From contig OY970192.1 of assembly GCA_963708135.1 (NCBI GenBank), positions 1,024,001 through 1,088,000 of the forward strand: DNA of 64,000 nucleotides, read 5' to 3'. Shown here piece by piece: positions 1 through 10,869 of this stretch. Source of the DNA: an uncultured Gemmatimonadales bacterium. Its GTDB lineage: Bacteria > Gemmatimonadota > Gemmatimonadetes > Longimicrobiales > RSA9. Both the position numbers and the translations under genes were made by a program. The notes under the pieces are model-generated. The model made no database searches, was not told where the DNA came from, and saw only the letters and a list, made by a program, of their open reading frames with translations. Position 1 is the stretch's first letter; every line of letters begins with the position of its first letter.

Positions 1-2
1 TG

Positions 3-884
3 CAGGAGACCCGCCGCTGGGCGCGCTCCGATGGGCGCCGCAGCGTGCTCGCGACCTTCCACCCGCACCCGCTCACCATCGTGCGCCCCTCCGCCGCGCC
101 GGCGCTCCTCACGACGCCCGAGGAGAAGGAGGAGATCCTGGCGGAGTCGGGGCTGGACTACGCCGTCTTCCTGCCCTTCACGCCCGTTCTCATGCGCTAC
201 CCGCCCGAGCGCTTCGTCGAGGAGGTGCTTATCGACCGGCTCCGCATGCGCCGCCTCGTCATCGGCTATGACCACGGCTTCGGGCGCGGCCGCAGCGGCG
301 ACGTGGACACCCTGCGCGACATTGGGGAGCGCCTCGGCTTCGACGTCCACGTGGTGGACGCCGTTCACATGGGCGATGCGCCGATCTCCTCCACGCTCAT
401 CCGGACCGCGCTCCAGAAGGGCGACGTGGTGGCCGCGGCCGCGGGACTCGGGCGCCCCTACTCCCTGCGCGCGCCCGTCGTCCGCGGGGACGGCCGCGGC
501 CGCTCGCTCGGCTTCGCCACCGCCAACCTGCGACCGGGCGGAAACGACAAGCTGCTTCCGCGCGAGGGCATCTATGCCGTTCGCACCGTCCTCCCGGGCC
601 GGCGCCGCCCCGACGGCCGCCCTCTCGACGGCGTGCTCCACCTCGGCCCCCGCCCCACCTTCCAGGGCGCTGCTCCGACCATCGAGCTCCATCTCTTCGA
701 CTTCGACGACGACCTCTACGGCGAGGAGCTGCGCGTGGACTTCTGCGGCTGGATCCGCGGGATCCACCACTTCGGCAGCATCCCTGCGCTCATCGAGGCC
801 GTGCGCGCGGACTGCGCCGCCGCGCGGTCGCTGCTGGGGTCGGGGACGGGAGCTTGCCGGAGCGGTGAGGGTCCGCTAGACTAA
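3..884 (+). CDS. ribF: Bifunctional riboflavin kinase/FAD synthetase (5'-truncated by window edge)
   Basis: Frame open from position 3; motifs [48 protein letters not shown]; upstream of rpsO-pnp as is common. Confidence 0.95.
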   Translation, partial: QETRRWARSDGRRSVLATFHPHPLTIVRPSAAPALLTTPEEKEEILAESGLDYAVFLPFTPVLMRYPPERFVEEVLIDRLRMRRLVIGYDHGFGRGRSGDVDTLRDIGERLGFDVHVVDAVHMGDAPISSTLIRTALQKGDVVAAAAGLGRPYSLRAPVVRGDGRGRSLGFATANLRPGGNDKLLPREGIYAVRTVLPGRRRPDGRPLDGVLHLGPRPTFQGAAPTIELHLFDFDDDLYGEELRVDFCGWIRGIHHFGSIPALIEAVRADCAAARSLLGSGTGACRSGEGPLD

Positions 885-952
885 AAGGCTTGACAGGTTC
901 AGGAGCAGACTCGCTTCCCGACCAGCACTTGTCTCTCGAGGAGGCTGCCCGC

Positions 953-1210
953 ATGGGCGACAAGGACGAAGTCATCCGCAAGTACCAGCTGCACGAGACC
1001 GATCGTGGCAGCGCCCCCGTTCAGATCGCGCTCCTGACGGAGCGCATCAATCATCTCACCGACCACTTCCGAAGCCACCCGAAGGATCACCATGGGCGTC
1101 GCGGCCTGCTCATGATGGTGGGCCGGCGGCGTCGCCTGCTGGAGTATCTCCGGCGGACGGACCTGGAGCGCTATCGGGAGCTCATCGCGGACCTCGGCCT
1201 GCGCCATTAA
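953..1210 (+). CDS. rpsO: 30S ribosomal protein S15
   Basis: [57 protein letters not shown] before ATG 953. Confidence 0.98.
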   Translation: MGDKDEVIRKYQLHETDRGSAPVQIALLTERINHLTDHFRSHPKDHHGRRGLLMMVGRRRRLLEYLRRTDLERYRELIADLGLRH

Positions 1211-1218
1211 AGGACGGT

Positions 1219-3312
1219 ATGGTAATGCACAGAATCGAAAAGCAGTTCGCGGGCCGGAAGCTGGTCCTGGAGACGGGGCGGATGGCCAGACAGGCGGGTG
1301 GCTCCTGCCTGGTACAGTTCGGCGAGACGGTGGTGCTGTGCACGGCGACGGCGCAGGACCACCCGACGCACCTGCCGTTCTTTCCCCTGACGATCGAGTA
1401 TCGGGAGCGGACGTACGCGGCGGGGAAGATCCCGGGCGGCTTCATCAAGCGTGAGGGTCGGCCGAGCGACTCGGAGATTTTGTCGGCGCGGCTGACGGAC
1501 CGGCCGCTCCGGCCGCTGTTCCCGGACGGCTTCATGCACGAGACGCAGATCTTCTGCTACGTGCTGTCGGCGGACCAGGAGAACGACGCGGACGTGCTGG
1601 GGATCCTGGGCGCCTCGACGGCGCTGAACCTTTCGCAGGTCCCGTTCGAGAACCGGGTGGCCGCGGTGCGGATCGGTCGGATCCAGGGGCAGTGGGTGCT
1701 CAACCCGACGTTCCAGCAGCTGGAGTTCAGCGACGTCGACATCGTGGTGGCGGGGACGGCGAAGGCGATCACGATGGTGGAAGGCGGCTGCGTGGAGGTG
1801 CCGGAGGAGGACCTGGTGGAGGGGCTGGAGGTGGCGCACCGCGGCATCCAGGAGCTGATCGAGATCCAGGACGAGTTCATCGAGGGGCGCACGGTCCCGA
1901 AGATGGAGTGGTCGCCTGTGGAGGCGCCGCAGGACGTGGTGAAGCGGGTGACGAAGCTGGCTGAGAAGCGGGTGGCGGAGTCGCTGAACCTGAAGGACAA
2001 GTCGGAGCGGAAGCAGGCGCTGGCGGCGCTGCGGGAGGACGTCTGGGATCAGCTTGCGGAGGAGTTCCCGGAACAGGAGCGGGCAGTGGCGGACGTGGTC
2101 TCCGGAATCGAAAAGAAGGTCATGCGTCGCCAGATCCTGGAGAAGGGGGAGCGGGCGGACGGGCGCGGCTCGGACGAGATCCGGCCGATCACCTGCGAGG
2201 TGGGGGTGCTGCCGCGGACGCATGGCTCCGCGCTGTTCACGCGCGGCCAGACGCAGGCGCTGGCCACGGTGACGCTGGGGACGCAGTCGGACGAGCAGCG
2301 GATCGAGACGATCAACCATCCGCAGGAGACCTCGAAGTCGTTCATGCTGCACTACAACTTCCCGCCGTTCTCCACGGGAGAGGTGAAGCCGATGCGGGGG
2401 ACCTCGCGGCGCGAGATCGGCCACGGCTCGCTGGCCGAGCGGGCAGTGCAGCCGCTGCTGCCGATGTACGAGGACTTTCCCTACACGATCCGGGTGGTAT
2501 CGGACATCCTGGAGTCGAACGGTTCGTCGTCGATGGCGTCGGTGTGCGGTGCGTCGCTGTCGCTGATGGATGCGGGCGTGCCGATCAAGAGCTCGTGCGC
2601 CGGCGTGGCGATGGGGCTGATCAAGGAAGGCAGCAAGGTCGCGGTGCTGACCGACATCCTCGGGATGGAGGACGCGCTGGGCGACATGGACTTCAAGGTG
2701 GCGGGGACGCGACAGGGAGTGACCTCGATTCAGATGGACATCAAGATCGAGGGGCTGACGGTGGACATCATGCGCGAGGCGCTCGAGCGAGCGAACAAGG
2801 GGCGCATGCATATCCTCGGCATCATGGACGAGACGATCAGCACGGCGCGCTCGGATCTCTCGCAGTGGGCGCCGCGGATCATCACGATGCAGATCAACCC
2901 GGAGAAGATCGGCGAGGTCATCGGGCCGAAGGGGAAGACGATCCGGGCGATCCAGGAGGAGACTGGCGCCCAGATCAACATCGAGGACTCCGGGCTGGTG
3001 AAGATCGCGAGCGTGTCGGGCGAAGGCGGTGAGCGGGCGAGGGAGCGGATCGCGGCGATCGTGCAGGAGCCCGAGGTGGGACGGGTCTACGAGGGCGTCG
3101 TGAAGTCGACGACGTCGTTCGGGGCCTTCGTCGAGATCATCCCGGGCACGGAAGGGCTCTGCCACATCTCCGAGCTTCAGGAAGGTCGTACGGAGAAGAC
3201 GGAGGATGTGCTGAAGAAGGGGGATGTGACGAAGGTGAAGCTGCTCTCGATCGACGAGAAGGGGCGGCTGCGCCTGTCGCGCAAGGCCGCACTGCAAGAA
3301 GCCGAGTCGTGA
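1219..3312 (+). CDS. pnp: Polyribonucleotide nucleotidyltransferase (PNPase)
   Basis: FFPLTIEYRE, RREIGHG, ESNGSSSMASVC, DALGDMDFKVAGT, KH (VIGPKGKTIR) and S1 domains. Confidence 0.99.
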   Translation: MVMHRIEKQFAGRKLVLETGRMARQAGGSCLVQFGETVVLCTATAQDHPTHLPFFPLTIEYRERTYAAGKIPGGFIKREGRPSDSEILSARLTDRPLRPLFPDGFMHETQIFCYVLSADQENDADVLGILGASTALNLSQVPFENRVAAVRIGRIQGQWVLNPTFQQLEFSDVDIVVAGTAKAITMVEGGCVEVPEEDLVEGLEVAHRGIQELIEIQDEFIEGRTVPKMEWSPVEAPQDVVKRVTKLAEKRVAESLNLKDKSERKQALAALREDVWDQLAEEFPEQERAVADVVSGIEKKVMRRQILEKGERADGRGSDEIRPITCEVGVLPRTHGSALFTRGQTQALATVTLGTQSDEQRIETINHPQETSKSFMLHYNFPPFSTGEVKPMRGTSRREIGHGSLAERAVQPLLPMYEDFPYTIRVVSDILESNGSSSMASVCGASLSLMDAGVPIKSSCAGVAMGLIKEGSKVAVLTDILGMEDALGDMDFKVAGTRQGVTSIQMDIKIEGLTVDIMREALERANKGRMHILGIMDETISTARSDLSQWAPRIITMQINPEKIGEVIGPKGKTIRAIQEETGAQINIEDSGLVKIASVSGEGGERARERIAAIVQEPEVGRVYEGVVKSTTSFGAFVEIIPGTEGLCHISELQEGRTEKTEDVLKKGDVTKVKLLSIDEKGRLRLSRKAALQEAES

Positions 3313-4580
3313 CGGAGGACGGCCCCGCCGCCGCGGCGGGCGAGGCAGGGTTCCGCAGCGCGACGCTGCGGGACGGGCTCGTGGTGCTGACCGAGGAGAT
3401 GCCGGGCGTGCGCTCGGCATCTCTCGGCGTCTGGGTCCGGTTCGGCTCGGCGCACGAGCGACGCGAGGAGATGGGCGTGGCCCATCTCCTCGAGCACATG
3501 GTATTCAAGGGCACGAGCCGGCGCAGTGCACGCGATCTGGCGCTCGTGCTCGAGCGGCTGGGCGGGAGCCTGGATGCCTACACGACGCGCGAGCACACCA
3601 GCTTCCAGGCGCGGGTGCTCGATGAGAACCTGGATGTGGCGCTCGATGTCCTGGCCGACCTGGTGCTCTCTCCCCTGCTGCGGGAAGAGGACCTGGCGCT
3701 CGAGCGGGAGGTCGTGCTCGAGGAGATCGCGACGGTCGAGGACACCCCGGACGACATCGTCTTCGACCTGCACGCGGACGCCCTCTGGGGTGGGCACCCC
3801 TATGGCTTCAGCATCCTCGGTACGCGCGACACGGTGGCCGGCTTCCAGGCCGCCGATCTCGCCCGCGTTCACTCCGCCCGCTACCGCGCTCCCAACCTGG
3901 TGGTCGCCGCCGCCGGCAGCGTGCGCCACGACGATGTCGTGGCCCGAGTCGAGCGGCTGTTCGGGGCCGCCGGCCCGGCGGCCGAGGGACCGCCCGGCGT
4001 GCCCGGGCCTCCGAGCTCCGGACCCGCCGAGCTCCGCGTGGCGCGACCCACCGCCCAGACCCATATTGTCTTCGGCACGCAGACGTTCGGCCACGGCGAT
4101 CCGCGCCGCTACGCGCTGGTGCTGCTGTCCAACGTCTTCGGCGGCGGGATGAGCTCGCGGCTCTTCCAGCGGGTGCGGGAGGAACTGGGGCTGGCGTACG
4201 CGGTCTACTCGTACCAGTCGTTCTATCGGGACGCCGGCGTTGCGGGCGTGTACGTCGGCACGCGCCACGAATGGGCGGAGCACGCCGAGGACGTGGTACG
4301 CGAGGAAATGGGGCGGGCGGCGCGCGAAGGCCTCACGGCCGAGGAACTGGAGGACGTAAAGGGGCAGGTCAAGGGGCAGATGATGCTGGCACTGGAGTCC
4401 AGCAGCGCCCGCCTGCACCGCCTGGCGGGATGCGCCCTCTACGACGAGCCGTTTCTGGGACTGGACGAGATGGTGGCGCGCGTGGAGCGCGTGACGCTGG
4501 AGGACGTCGCGGCGGTCGCGGCGGAGATCCTGGATCCGGGCCGGCAGGTCGTTCTGCGGCTCGGACCACAGGAGACGTGA
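3309..4580 (+). CDS. M16 family zinc peptidase (pitrilysin-like)
   Basis: HLLEH inverted zincin motif; GGGMSSRLFQRVREELGLAY; GTGA overlap with pnp stop. Confidence 0.95.
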   Translation: MTEDGPAAAAGEAGFRSATLRDGLVVLTEEMPGVRSASLGVWVRFGSAHERREEMGVAHLLEHMVFKGTSRRSARDLALVLERLGGSLDAYTTREHTSFQARVLDENLDVALDVLADLVLSPLLREEDLALEREVVLEEIATVEDTPDDIVFDLHADALWGGHPYGFSILGTRDTVAGFQAADLARVHSARYRAPNLVVAAAGSVRHDDVVARVERLFGAAGPAAEGPPGVPGPPSSGPAELRVARPTAQTHIVFGTQTFGHGDPRRYALVLLSNVFGGGMSSRLFQRVREELGLAYAVYSYQSFYRDAGVAGVYVGTRHEWAEHAEDVVREEMGRAAREGLTAEELEDVKGQVKGQMMLALESSSARLHRLAGCALYDEPFLGLDEMVARVERVTLEDVAAVAAEILDPGRQVVLRLGPQET

Positions 4581-4613
4581 TCGATCCTGAAACAACGGAC
4601 AAAGAGCGATACC

Positions 4614-5726
4614 ATGATCATCGGGGTTCCGAAGGAGATCAAGACCAACGAGAACCGGGTCGCGTTGGTCCCTGGCGGAGCGGAAACGCTGGTCCAGGCC
4701 GGGCACGAGGTGTTGGTCGAGAACGATGCGGGGTCGGGCAGCGGCTTCGAGGATGCCGCCTACGAGGCCGCGGGGGCCCGCATCGTCGGACACGCCGAGG
4801 ACGTCTGGAAGCAGGCGGAGATGATCCTCAAGGTGAAGGAGCCGATCGAGCCGGAGTGGCCGCGGATGAGGCGCGGCCAGGTGCTCTTCACGTACTTTCA
4901 CTTCGCCGCCTCGGAGCCGCTCACGAAGGCCGTTCTGAAGTCCGGCGCGGTCGCGATCGCCTACGAGACCGTGCAGCTGCCCACGGGCGAGCTCCCGCTG
5001 CTCACCCCGATGAGCGAGGTGGCCGGCCGCATGGCCGTGCAGGAGGGCGCCAAGTACCTGGAGAAGTTCTTCGGCGGGCGCGGCATCCTGCTCGGAGGCG
5101 TCCCGGGCGTGGAGCCCGCCACAGTGGTGGTCCTGGGCGGCGGCATCGTAGGCTCGAACGCGGCACGCATGGCCGCGGGGCTCGGCGCGCATGTCGTGAT
5201 CCTCGACCTCTCGCTGAACCGGCTCCGCTACCTGGCGGACGTCATGCCGGCCAACGTCACGATGCTGCACTCCAGCCGGCACCACATCGCCGAGCAGCTC
5301 GCCAAGGCCGATCTGCTCATCGGCGCGGTCCTGCTGCCGGGCGCCAAGGCCCCCAAGCTGGTGCGCCGCGAGGACCTCAAGCTCATGAAGCCGGGCTCGG
5401 TCATCACCGATGTGGCCGTGGATCAGGGCGGCTGCGTCGAGACCATCCATGCCACTACCCACGAGGATCCGATCTACGTGGTGGACGGCGTGATCCATTA
5501 CGGCGTGGCGAACATGCCCGGCGCGGTGCCGCGCACCTCCACGCTCGCGCTGACCAACGCGACGTTCCCCTACGCGCTCACGCTCGCCAACAAGGGCTGG
5601 CAGCGCGCCTGCCGCGAGGACCGCGCCCTCGCCCTCGGCGCCAACGTGGTCGACGGAAAGATCTGCTATCCCGGCGTGGCGGAGGCGTTCGGCCTCGATT
5701 TCACACCCGTCGAGGAAGTCCTCTGA
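4614..5726 (+). CDS. ald: Alanine dehydrogenase
   Basis: [48 protein letters not shown]. Confidence 0.98.
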   Translation: MIIGVPKEIKTNENRVALVPGGAETLVQAGHEVLVENDAGSGSGFEDAAYEAAGARIVGHAEDVWKQAEMILKVKEPIEPEWPRMRRGQVLFTYFHFAASEPLTKAVLKSGAVAIAYETVQLPTGELPLLTPMSEVAGRMAVQEGAKYLEKFFGGRGILLGGVPGVEPATVVVLGGGIVGSNAARMAAGLGAHVVILDLSLNRLRYLADVMPANVTMLHSSRHHIAEQLAKADLLIGAVLLPGAKAPKLVRREDLKLMKPGSVITDVAVDQGGCVETIHATTHEDPIYVVDGVIHYGVANMPGAVPRTSTLALTNATFPYALTLANKGWQRACREDRALALGANVVDGKICYPGVAEAFGLDFTPVEEVL

Positions 5727-5871
5727 CGTCGCACGGCGCGCAGTGCACGGGCCGCGGCGGGCGGCCGGCCGCCACGGCCGACCGCCCGCCCCCGCCCCCG
5801 CCCCCGCCCCCCCTCCACTCCGTCCCGCCGGCCGCCAGGTCGCGGCCGGACGCAGGCACGGCGGCGTGCCG

Positions 5872-6321
5872 ATGAACACCGTGCGCGTCCCGATCCGGCG
5901 GCTGGAGAACTACCCCGCCGACTGGCCGCTGCCCGCGTACGCCACGCCCGGCTCGGCCGCCGTCGACCTGCGCAATGCCGGCCCCGACCTGGTGCTTCCC
6001 CCGCTCGGCAGGCACCTCGTGCCCACCGGTCTCGCGATCGCGCTGCCGGATGGCCTCGAGGCGCAGGTCCGGCCCCGCTCCGGCTTGGCGCTGAGGCAGG
6101 GGCTTACCCTGGTCAATACGCCGGGCACGATCGACAGCGATTACCGCGGCGAGATCCGGATCCCGCTCGTCAACCTCGACCCGGCGCCGCAGACCGTGGC
6201 GCACGGCGAGCGCATCGCGCAGCTGCTGGTGGCGGGGTACGTGCGCATCGAGTGGGAGGGGCGGGATGCGCTGCCACCGACGCTTCGCGGGGGTGGTGGC
6301 TTTGGCAGCACGGGCCGGTGA
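5872..6321 (+). CDS. dut: dUTP diphosphatase
   Basis: AAVDL, RPRSGLA, GTIDSDYRGEI, RIAQL, RGGGGFGSTG motifs; ATG 5872 preferred over the ORF-track start. Confidence 0.96.
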   Translation: MNTVRVPIRRLENYPADWPLPAYATPGSAAVDLRNAGPDLVLPPLGRHLVPTGLAIALPDGLEAQVRPRSGLALRQGLTLVNTPGTIDSDYRGEIRIPLVNLDPAPQTVAHGERIAQLLVAGYVRIEWEGRDALPPTLRGGGGFGSTGR

Positions 6322-6398
6322 ACAGATGTTCTCGGGCGCGCGGATGAGGGGACCACAACCCGTCGAAAACGCGCGGACTTACAACGATCCCGGCTCCC

Positions 6399-6427
6399 TT
6401 GCCGGGGTTGTGTGGCACGGTTAGCTT
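6399..6427 (+). promoter_or_regulatory. Putative sigma70 promoter of the mre/mrd operon
   Basis: TTGCCG(6399-6404)-N17-TAGCTT(6422-6427), about 100 nt upstream of mreB. Confidence 0.5.
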
Positions 6428-6523
6428 TGCGCTACTCAAGGTGCTGCGCGGCGGAGCGTCACCCGGCCGGCGCGAGCCCACCGCTCCGATCCTGGACCCC
6501 GATTCCGGCCTGGGAGCCGCTGG

Positions 6524-7570
6524 ATGGCCATGGCACTTCGTACGTTCCTGAATTCCGGGCGCCTGATCCCGATCAACGACATTGCGGTCGATCTGGGGAC
6601 GGCGAACACGCTGGTGTACGTGAAGGGCGAGGGCATCGTCCTGAACGAGCCGTCGGTGGTGGCGGTGGAGCGGGGGACGAACCGGATCAAGGGAATCGGG
6701 CTGGAGGCCAAACGGATGCTGGGCCGAACGCCCGAGGGGATCATGGCGGTGCGGCCGCTGAAGGATGGCGTGATCGCGGATGTCGACATCACCGAGATCA
6801 TGCTGCGGCACTTCTTGCGTGCGGTGGCGGCGAAGCGGTTCTTCAAGATGAAGCCGCGGGTGATCGTGGGGGTGCCGTCGGGGATCACGGAGCTGGAGCG
6901 GCGGGCGGTGCGCTCGAGTGCGAAGGAGGCGGGGGCCAAGGAAGTCTACATGGTGGCGGAGCCGATGGCCGCGGCGATTGGGGTGGGGCTGCCGGTAGAC
7001 ACGCCGACGGGGAACATGGTGATCGACATCGGGGGCGGAACCACGGAGATCGCAGTGATCGCGTTGAACGGGATCGTGTCCGACACCTCGATCCGGGTGG
7101 GTGGGGACGAGATCGACGCGGCGATCGTGACGTTCCTGAGGAAGAACTACAATCTGCTGATCGGCGAGCCGACGGCGGAGGCGATCAAGATCCAGATCGG
7201 CTCGGCGTTCAACAACGGCGACGAGCGCGAGATGGAGGTGAAGGGGCGAGACCTCGTGAGCGGGATCCCGAAGACGGTGCGGGTGCACTCACAGGAGATC
7301 CGGGAGTGCATCCAGGAGCCGATCCAGCAGATCGTGGACGCGGTGCGCCGGGCGCTGGAGATCACGCCGCCGGAGCTGGCCTCCGACATCGTGGACCGGG
7401 GCATCGTGATGACGGGGGGCGGCGCGCTGATCCGTGGTCTGGACCAGCTGCTCACGCACGAGACGAACCTGCCGATCCACGTGGATGAGGAGCCGCTCAC
7501 CTGCGTGGTACGGGGCGCGGGCCGGATCCTGGACGACTTCGAGCGCTTCCGGAACGTGCTCAACACGTAA
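6524..7570 (+). CDS. mreB: Rod shape-determining protein MreB
   Basis: DLGTANTL, EPSVVA, RPLKDGVIAD, DIGGGTTE, TGGGAL (start could be 6530). Confidence 0.98.
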   Translation: MAMALRTFLNSGRLIPINDIAVDLGTANTLVYVKGEGIVLNEPSVVAVERGTNRIKGIGLEAKRMLGRTPEGIMAVRPLKDGVIADVDITEIMLRHFLRAVAAKRFFKMKPRVIVGVPSGITELERRAVRSSAKEAGAKEVYMVAEPMAAAIGVGLPVDTPTGNMVIDIGGGTTEIAVIALNGIVSDTSIRVGGDEIDAAIVTFLRKNYNLLIGEPTAEAIKIQIGSAFNNGDEREMEVKGRDLVSGIPKTVRVHSQEIRECIQEPIQQIVDAVRRALEITPPELASDIVDRGIVMTGGGALIRGLDQLLTHETNLPIHVDEEPLTCVVRGAGRILDDFERFRNVLNT

Positions 7571-8518
7571 GTGGCGGACTACTTCGACGGCAGCCGCAAG
7601 GGACGACGCCGCGACCTGGCGTTCGCCGGGGGTGTCCTGCTGGCCGCCTTCGTTCTGTACTTCCTGCCTCCCCGCTACCAGACTCCGATCCGGGACGTGG
7701 TGCGCGCGACGGCGCTGCGGCCGTTCATCGCCATGCAATCGGGCGTGGTGCACCACGAGCAGAGCGGGGTGGACGTGAACGTCCTGTCGGCGGAGCGGGA
7801 TTCGCTGGCGGCAGTGGTGGCGGCACAGGCGAGCCTGGCGGAGGAGAACCGGCGGCTGCGCGCGCTGCTCGCGCTGCGCCCGCGGGCGGGAGCGGCGTTC
7901 GTGCCCGCGGAGCTGCTCAGCCTGGGGGTGGGCGGGGCGGAGAGCACGTTCCTGCTGGATGTGGGCTCGGCCGATGGCGTGCAGGTGGGCAGCCCGGTGA
8001 TCGCGCCGGGCGGCCTCGTGGGGGTGGTGAAGGACGTGGGTCCGCACCTCTCGCAGGCCATCGACTGGACGAACCCGGACTTCCGGGCGAGCGCGATGAC
8101 GGCCGACGGCACATCGTACGGGATCGTGGAGCCACGGCAGGAGGGCTCCTTCCGGGAGGATGATCTGCTGGCGCTGACGGGAGCGCCGTTCCACAGCGAG
8201 ATCGCGGCCGGGACGCGTGTGGTCACGTCGGGGCGGGGTGGCATCTACCCGCGCGGCGTCCCGCTGGGCACGGTGGTCGGGATCGATGAGGCGGACACCG
8301 GCTGGCGGAAGAGCTACCTGCTGCGGCCGGCGGTGCGCCCGGAAGGCGTCACGCACGTGCTGGTCGGTCTGCCACGGGCTCGGGCCTATCGTGGCGACAT
8401 CTCCGACCTGTGGAGCGTGCAAGCGGCGCCGGACACCGTGGCGGCCCGGCTCGAGGGGCAGGATTCCCTGCACGGCACGGGCGCGCCGGCCAAGCCGACG
8501 TCGCAGGGGAGCCGCTGA
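7571..8518 (+). CDS. mreC: Rod shape-determining protein MreC
   Basis: N-terminal TM helix, coiled coil EENRRLRALL, VVTSGRGGIYPRGVPLG; follows mreB. Confidence 0.93.
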   Translation: MADYFDGSRKGRRRDLAFAGGVLLAAFVLYFLPPRYQTPIRDVVRATALRPFIAMQSGVVHHEQSGVDVNVLSAERDSLAAVVAAQASLAEENRRLRALLALRPRAGAAFVPAELLSLGVGGAESTFLLDVGSADGVQVGSPVIAPGGLVGVVKDVGPHLSQAIDWTNPDFRASAMTADGTSYGIVEPRQEGSFREDDLLALTGAPFHSEIAAGTRVVTSGRGGIYPRGVPLGTVVGIDEADTGWRKSYLLRPAVRPEGVTHVLVGLPRARAYRGDISDLWSVQAAPDTVAARLEGQDSLHGTGAPAKPTSQGSR

Positions 8519-9000
8519 TGGCGACGGGGGGCTGGAGCTACGCGGCGCTGATCGTGGTGCTGGTCGTGCTCCATTTTCTGCTGCATCTCGGATTCGGGCT
8601 GGGATCCTCCGCGCCGGATCTCTTGACGGTGGCGTTGCTGCTCGGGGCGAGGCGGCTGGGTGGTGGCGGCGCGGCGCTTCTGGGGTTCGTTCTTGGCCTC
8701 CTGCGTGATGCGCTCGCGATCGCGGCGTTCGGTGCCGACATGGTGGTGCTGACGGCGCTCGGGTACGTGGGGGCTCGCTCGCGCGAGCTGTTCGTGGGAG
8801 ACAGCCTGGTGTTCGGCGCGGCCTACCTGTTCCTGGGCAAGTGGGTGCACGATGCGGGGTTGTACCTTCTGGGCAGGACGATCGGCGGTGCCGGCGTCGC
8901 CGCCGGGCTGCTGGTCGAGGCGCCGATCGCGGCCGCGTACGCGGCCGCGGCGGGCATGCTCGCGCTGCTCGCCTACCGCTCGTTCACGGGAGAGCGCTGA
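8518..9000 (+). CDS. mreD: Rod shape-determining protein MreD
   Basis: Hydrophobic 160 aa with PDLL and GFVLGLLRDAL; between mreC and mrdA. Confidence 0.88.
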   Translation: MATGGWSYAALIVVLVVLHFLLHLGFGLGSSAPDLLTVALLLGARRLGGGGAALLGFVLGLLRDALAIAAFGADMVVLTALGYVGARSRELFVGDSLVFGAAYLFLGKWVHDAGLYLLGRTIGGAGVAAGLLVEAPIAAAYAAAAGMLALLAYRSFTGER

Positions 9001-9045
9001 GGCGCGGCGGCGCGTGGGCTCCATCCCTTCCTCGGGTTGACGGTC

Positions 9046-10869
9046 ATGCAGGTCTTCCATCCGCACGTGCGACGACGGCGTGCGATCGGCGCCATGGCGG
9101 CGCTGTTCCTCGGTCTGGGCAGTCTGGGCGCGGCGTTCTTCCGCACGCAGATCGTCCAGAACGAGGCGTACTCCCAGCAGTCGGAGATGAACCGGCTGCG
9201 GCCGATGATGCTGCCCGCGCCGCGCGGCACGATCTACGACCGCAACGGTCGGATCATCGCCGACAACATGCCCGGCTACACCCTCTCGCTTCTGCCCGCA
9301 CCCACGGACTCGCTCGAACGCACGCTCGAGCGGCTCGCGCCGCTCGTCTCGCTGCCGCCGGACGGAGTGGCCGCGGCGCTGGCGCGGCACCGCCGGGCGC
9401 CGGCGTTCCCGGTGGTCGTGGCGACGGACCTGAGCTTCGACCAGGTATCCAGGCTCGAGGAGCGGCGGGACATGCTGCCCGGGATCTTCATCGACATGCG
9501 CCCGAAGCGGCGCTACACGGGCGGGCCCGCGATTGCGCACCTGGTCGGGTATACGGCCGAGATCAGCGAGCGGGAGCTGGGCGAGGCGGAGTTCGCCGGT
9601 TACACGCAGGGGCAGCAGGTCGGCAAGGCCGGCCTCGAGCGGGAGTATCAGCACCTGCTGGCAGGGAAGCCCGGCTTCCGGTACGTGAAGGTGGACGCGC
9701 GCGGGCACCTGGTCGGGCGGTTCAGGCCGCGCCCGCAGCAGCCCCCGGTCCCGGGCCAGGACCTGCACCTCTACCTCGATCTGCCGTTGCAGGAGTTCGT
9801 CGCGCACATCTTCCCGGACTCGATGCGGGGCGCGATCGTGGCCATGGAGCCGGGGACGGGGCACGTGCTCGCCATCTACTCCAAGCCGGCGTACGATCCC
9901 AACGATTTCATCGGCGGCGTGTCCACGAAGGTGTGGCGGGGCCTGCGCGACGATCCGGCCAAGCCGCTGCTTCAGCGGGCGAGCGCCGGGCTCTACCCGC
10001 CGGGCTCGACGTTCAAGCTGGCCACGGCGGCGATCGGGCTGGAGCTGGGCGTGATCGATGCGAAGGCGGTGATGCCGATCCCCTGTCGCGGCGGGATGCA
10101 GTTCGGCGACCGCTACTTCCGCTGCTGGGACCGCAAGGGGCACGGGTTCGTTACCCTTCCGGACGCGATCAAGCTCTCCTGTGATGTGTACTTCTACCAG
10201 CTCGGGCTGAAGATCGGGCTGGACCGCTTCACGGCGGAGGGGACGCGGCTCGGCTTCTCCGAGAAGACGGGCATCGATTTGCCCGTCGAGCGCGCGGGCA
10301 ACTTCCCGGACTCGCCGGATTGGTACAGGCGCCACTTCGGGTGGAAGCCGACATCCGCGGAGGTGCTCAGCCTCGCCATCGGGCAGGGCCCCAACGACCA
10401 GACGCCGCTGAAGATGGCGCAATTCTACGCGGCGCTCGCGGCGGACGGGCGGGTGCGCTCCCCGCGCATCGCGGCGGTAGGCGACAGCGGACAGGTCTGG
10501 GACCTGCACATCTCGAAGGAGAGCCTGGGCTGGCTCCGCGAGGGGCTGCGCCGGGTGGTGGCGAGCGGCGGCACGGCCGGCCTCTCGCGGCTCGAGCACT
10601 GGGACCTGCTGGGAAAGACGGGCACGGCGCAGAACTCGCACGGCGCGGACCACGCCTGGTTCGTGGGAATGGCCGGCCCCCGCGGCGGCGACCCCGAGGT
10701 CGTGGTGGCGGCGCTGGTGGAGGCCGGCGCCCACGGTTCGGAAGCGGCGCAGTACGCGGCCAAGGCGGCGGATTACTACTTGCGGGAGAAGTACCACATG
10801 CCGATCGACACGATCCAGACGCTGAAGGAGCATCTGCTGGCGGGGAAGCCCGCGCCCTGGGCGCAATGA
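9046..10869 (+). CDS. mrdA: Penicillin-binding protein 2
   Basis: PAPRGTIYDRNG; catalytic STFK, SCD and KTGTAQ motifs (alternative TTG start at 9037). Confidence 0.96.
   Translation: MQVFHPHVRRRRAIGAMAALFLGLGSLGAAFFRTQIVQNEAYSQQSEMNRLRPMMLPAPRGTIYDRNGRIIADNMPGYTLSLLPAPTDSLERTLERLAPLVSLPPDGVAAALARHRRAPAFPVVVATDLSFDQVSRLEERRDMLPGIFIDMRPKRRYTGGPAIAHLVGYTAEISERELGEAEFAGYTQGQQVGKAGLEREYQHLLAGKPGFRYVKVDARGHLVGRFRPRPQQPPVPGQDLHLYLDLPLQEFVAHIFPDSMRGAIVAMEPGTGHVLAIYSKPAYDPNDFIGGVSTKVWRGLRDDPAKPLLQRASAGLYPPGSTFKLATAAIGLELGVIDAKAVMPIPCRGGMQFGDRYFRCWDRKGHGFVTLPDAIKLSCDVYFYQLGLKIGLDRFTAEGTRLGFSEKTGIDLPVERAGNFPDSPDWYRRHFGWKPTSAEVLSLAIGQGPNDQTPLKMAQFYAALAADGRVRSPRIAAVGDSGQVWDLHISKESLGWLREGLRRVVASGGTAGLSRLEHWDLLGKTGTAQNSHGADHAWFVGMAGPRGGDPEVVVAALVEAGAHGSEAAQYAAKAADYYLREKYHMPIDTIQTLKEHLLAGKPAPWAQ

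Noticed and set aside
885..952. Promoter or S15 autoregulatory leader before rpsO
   Set aside because: TTGACA at 890 has no -10 at a suitable spacing, and no leader structure can be supported by eye.
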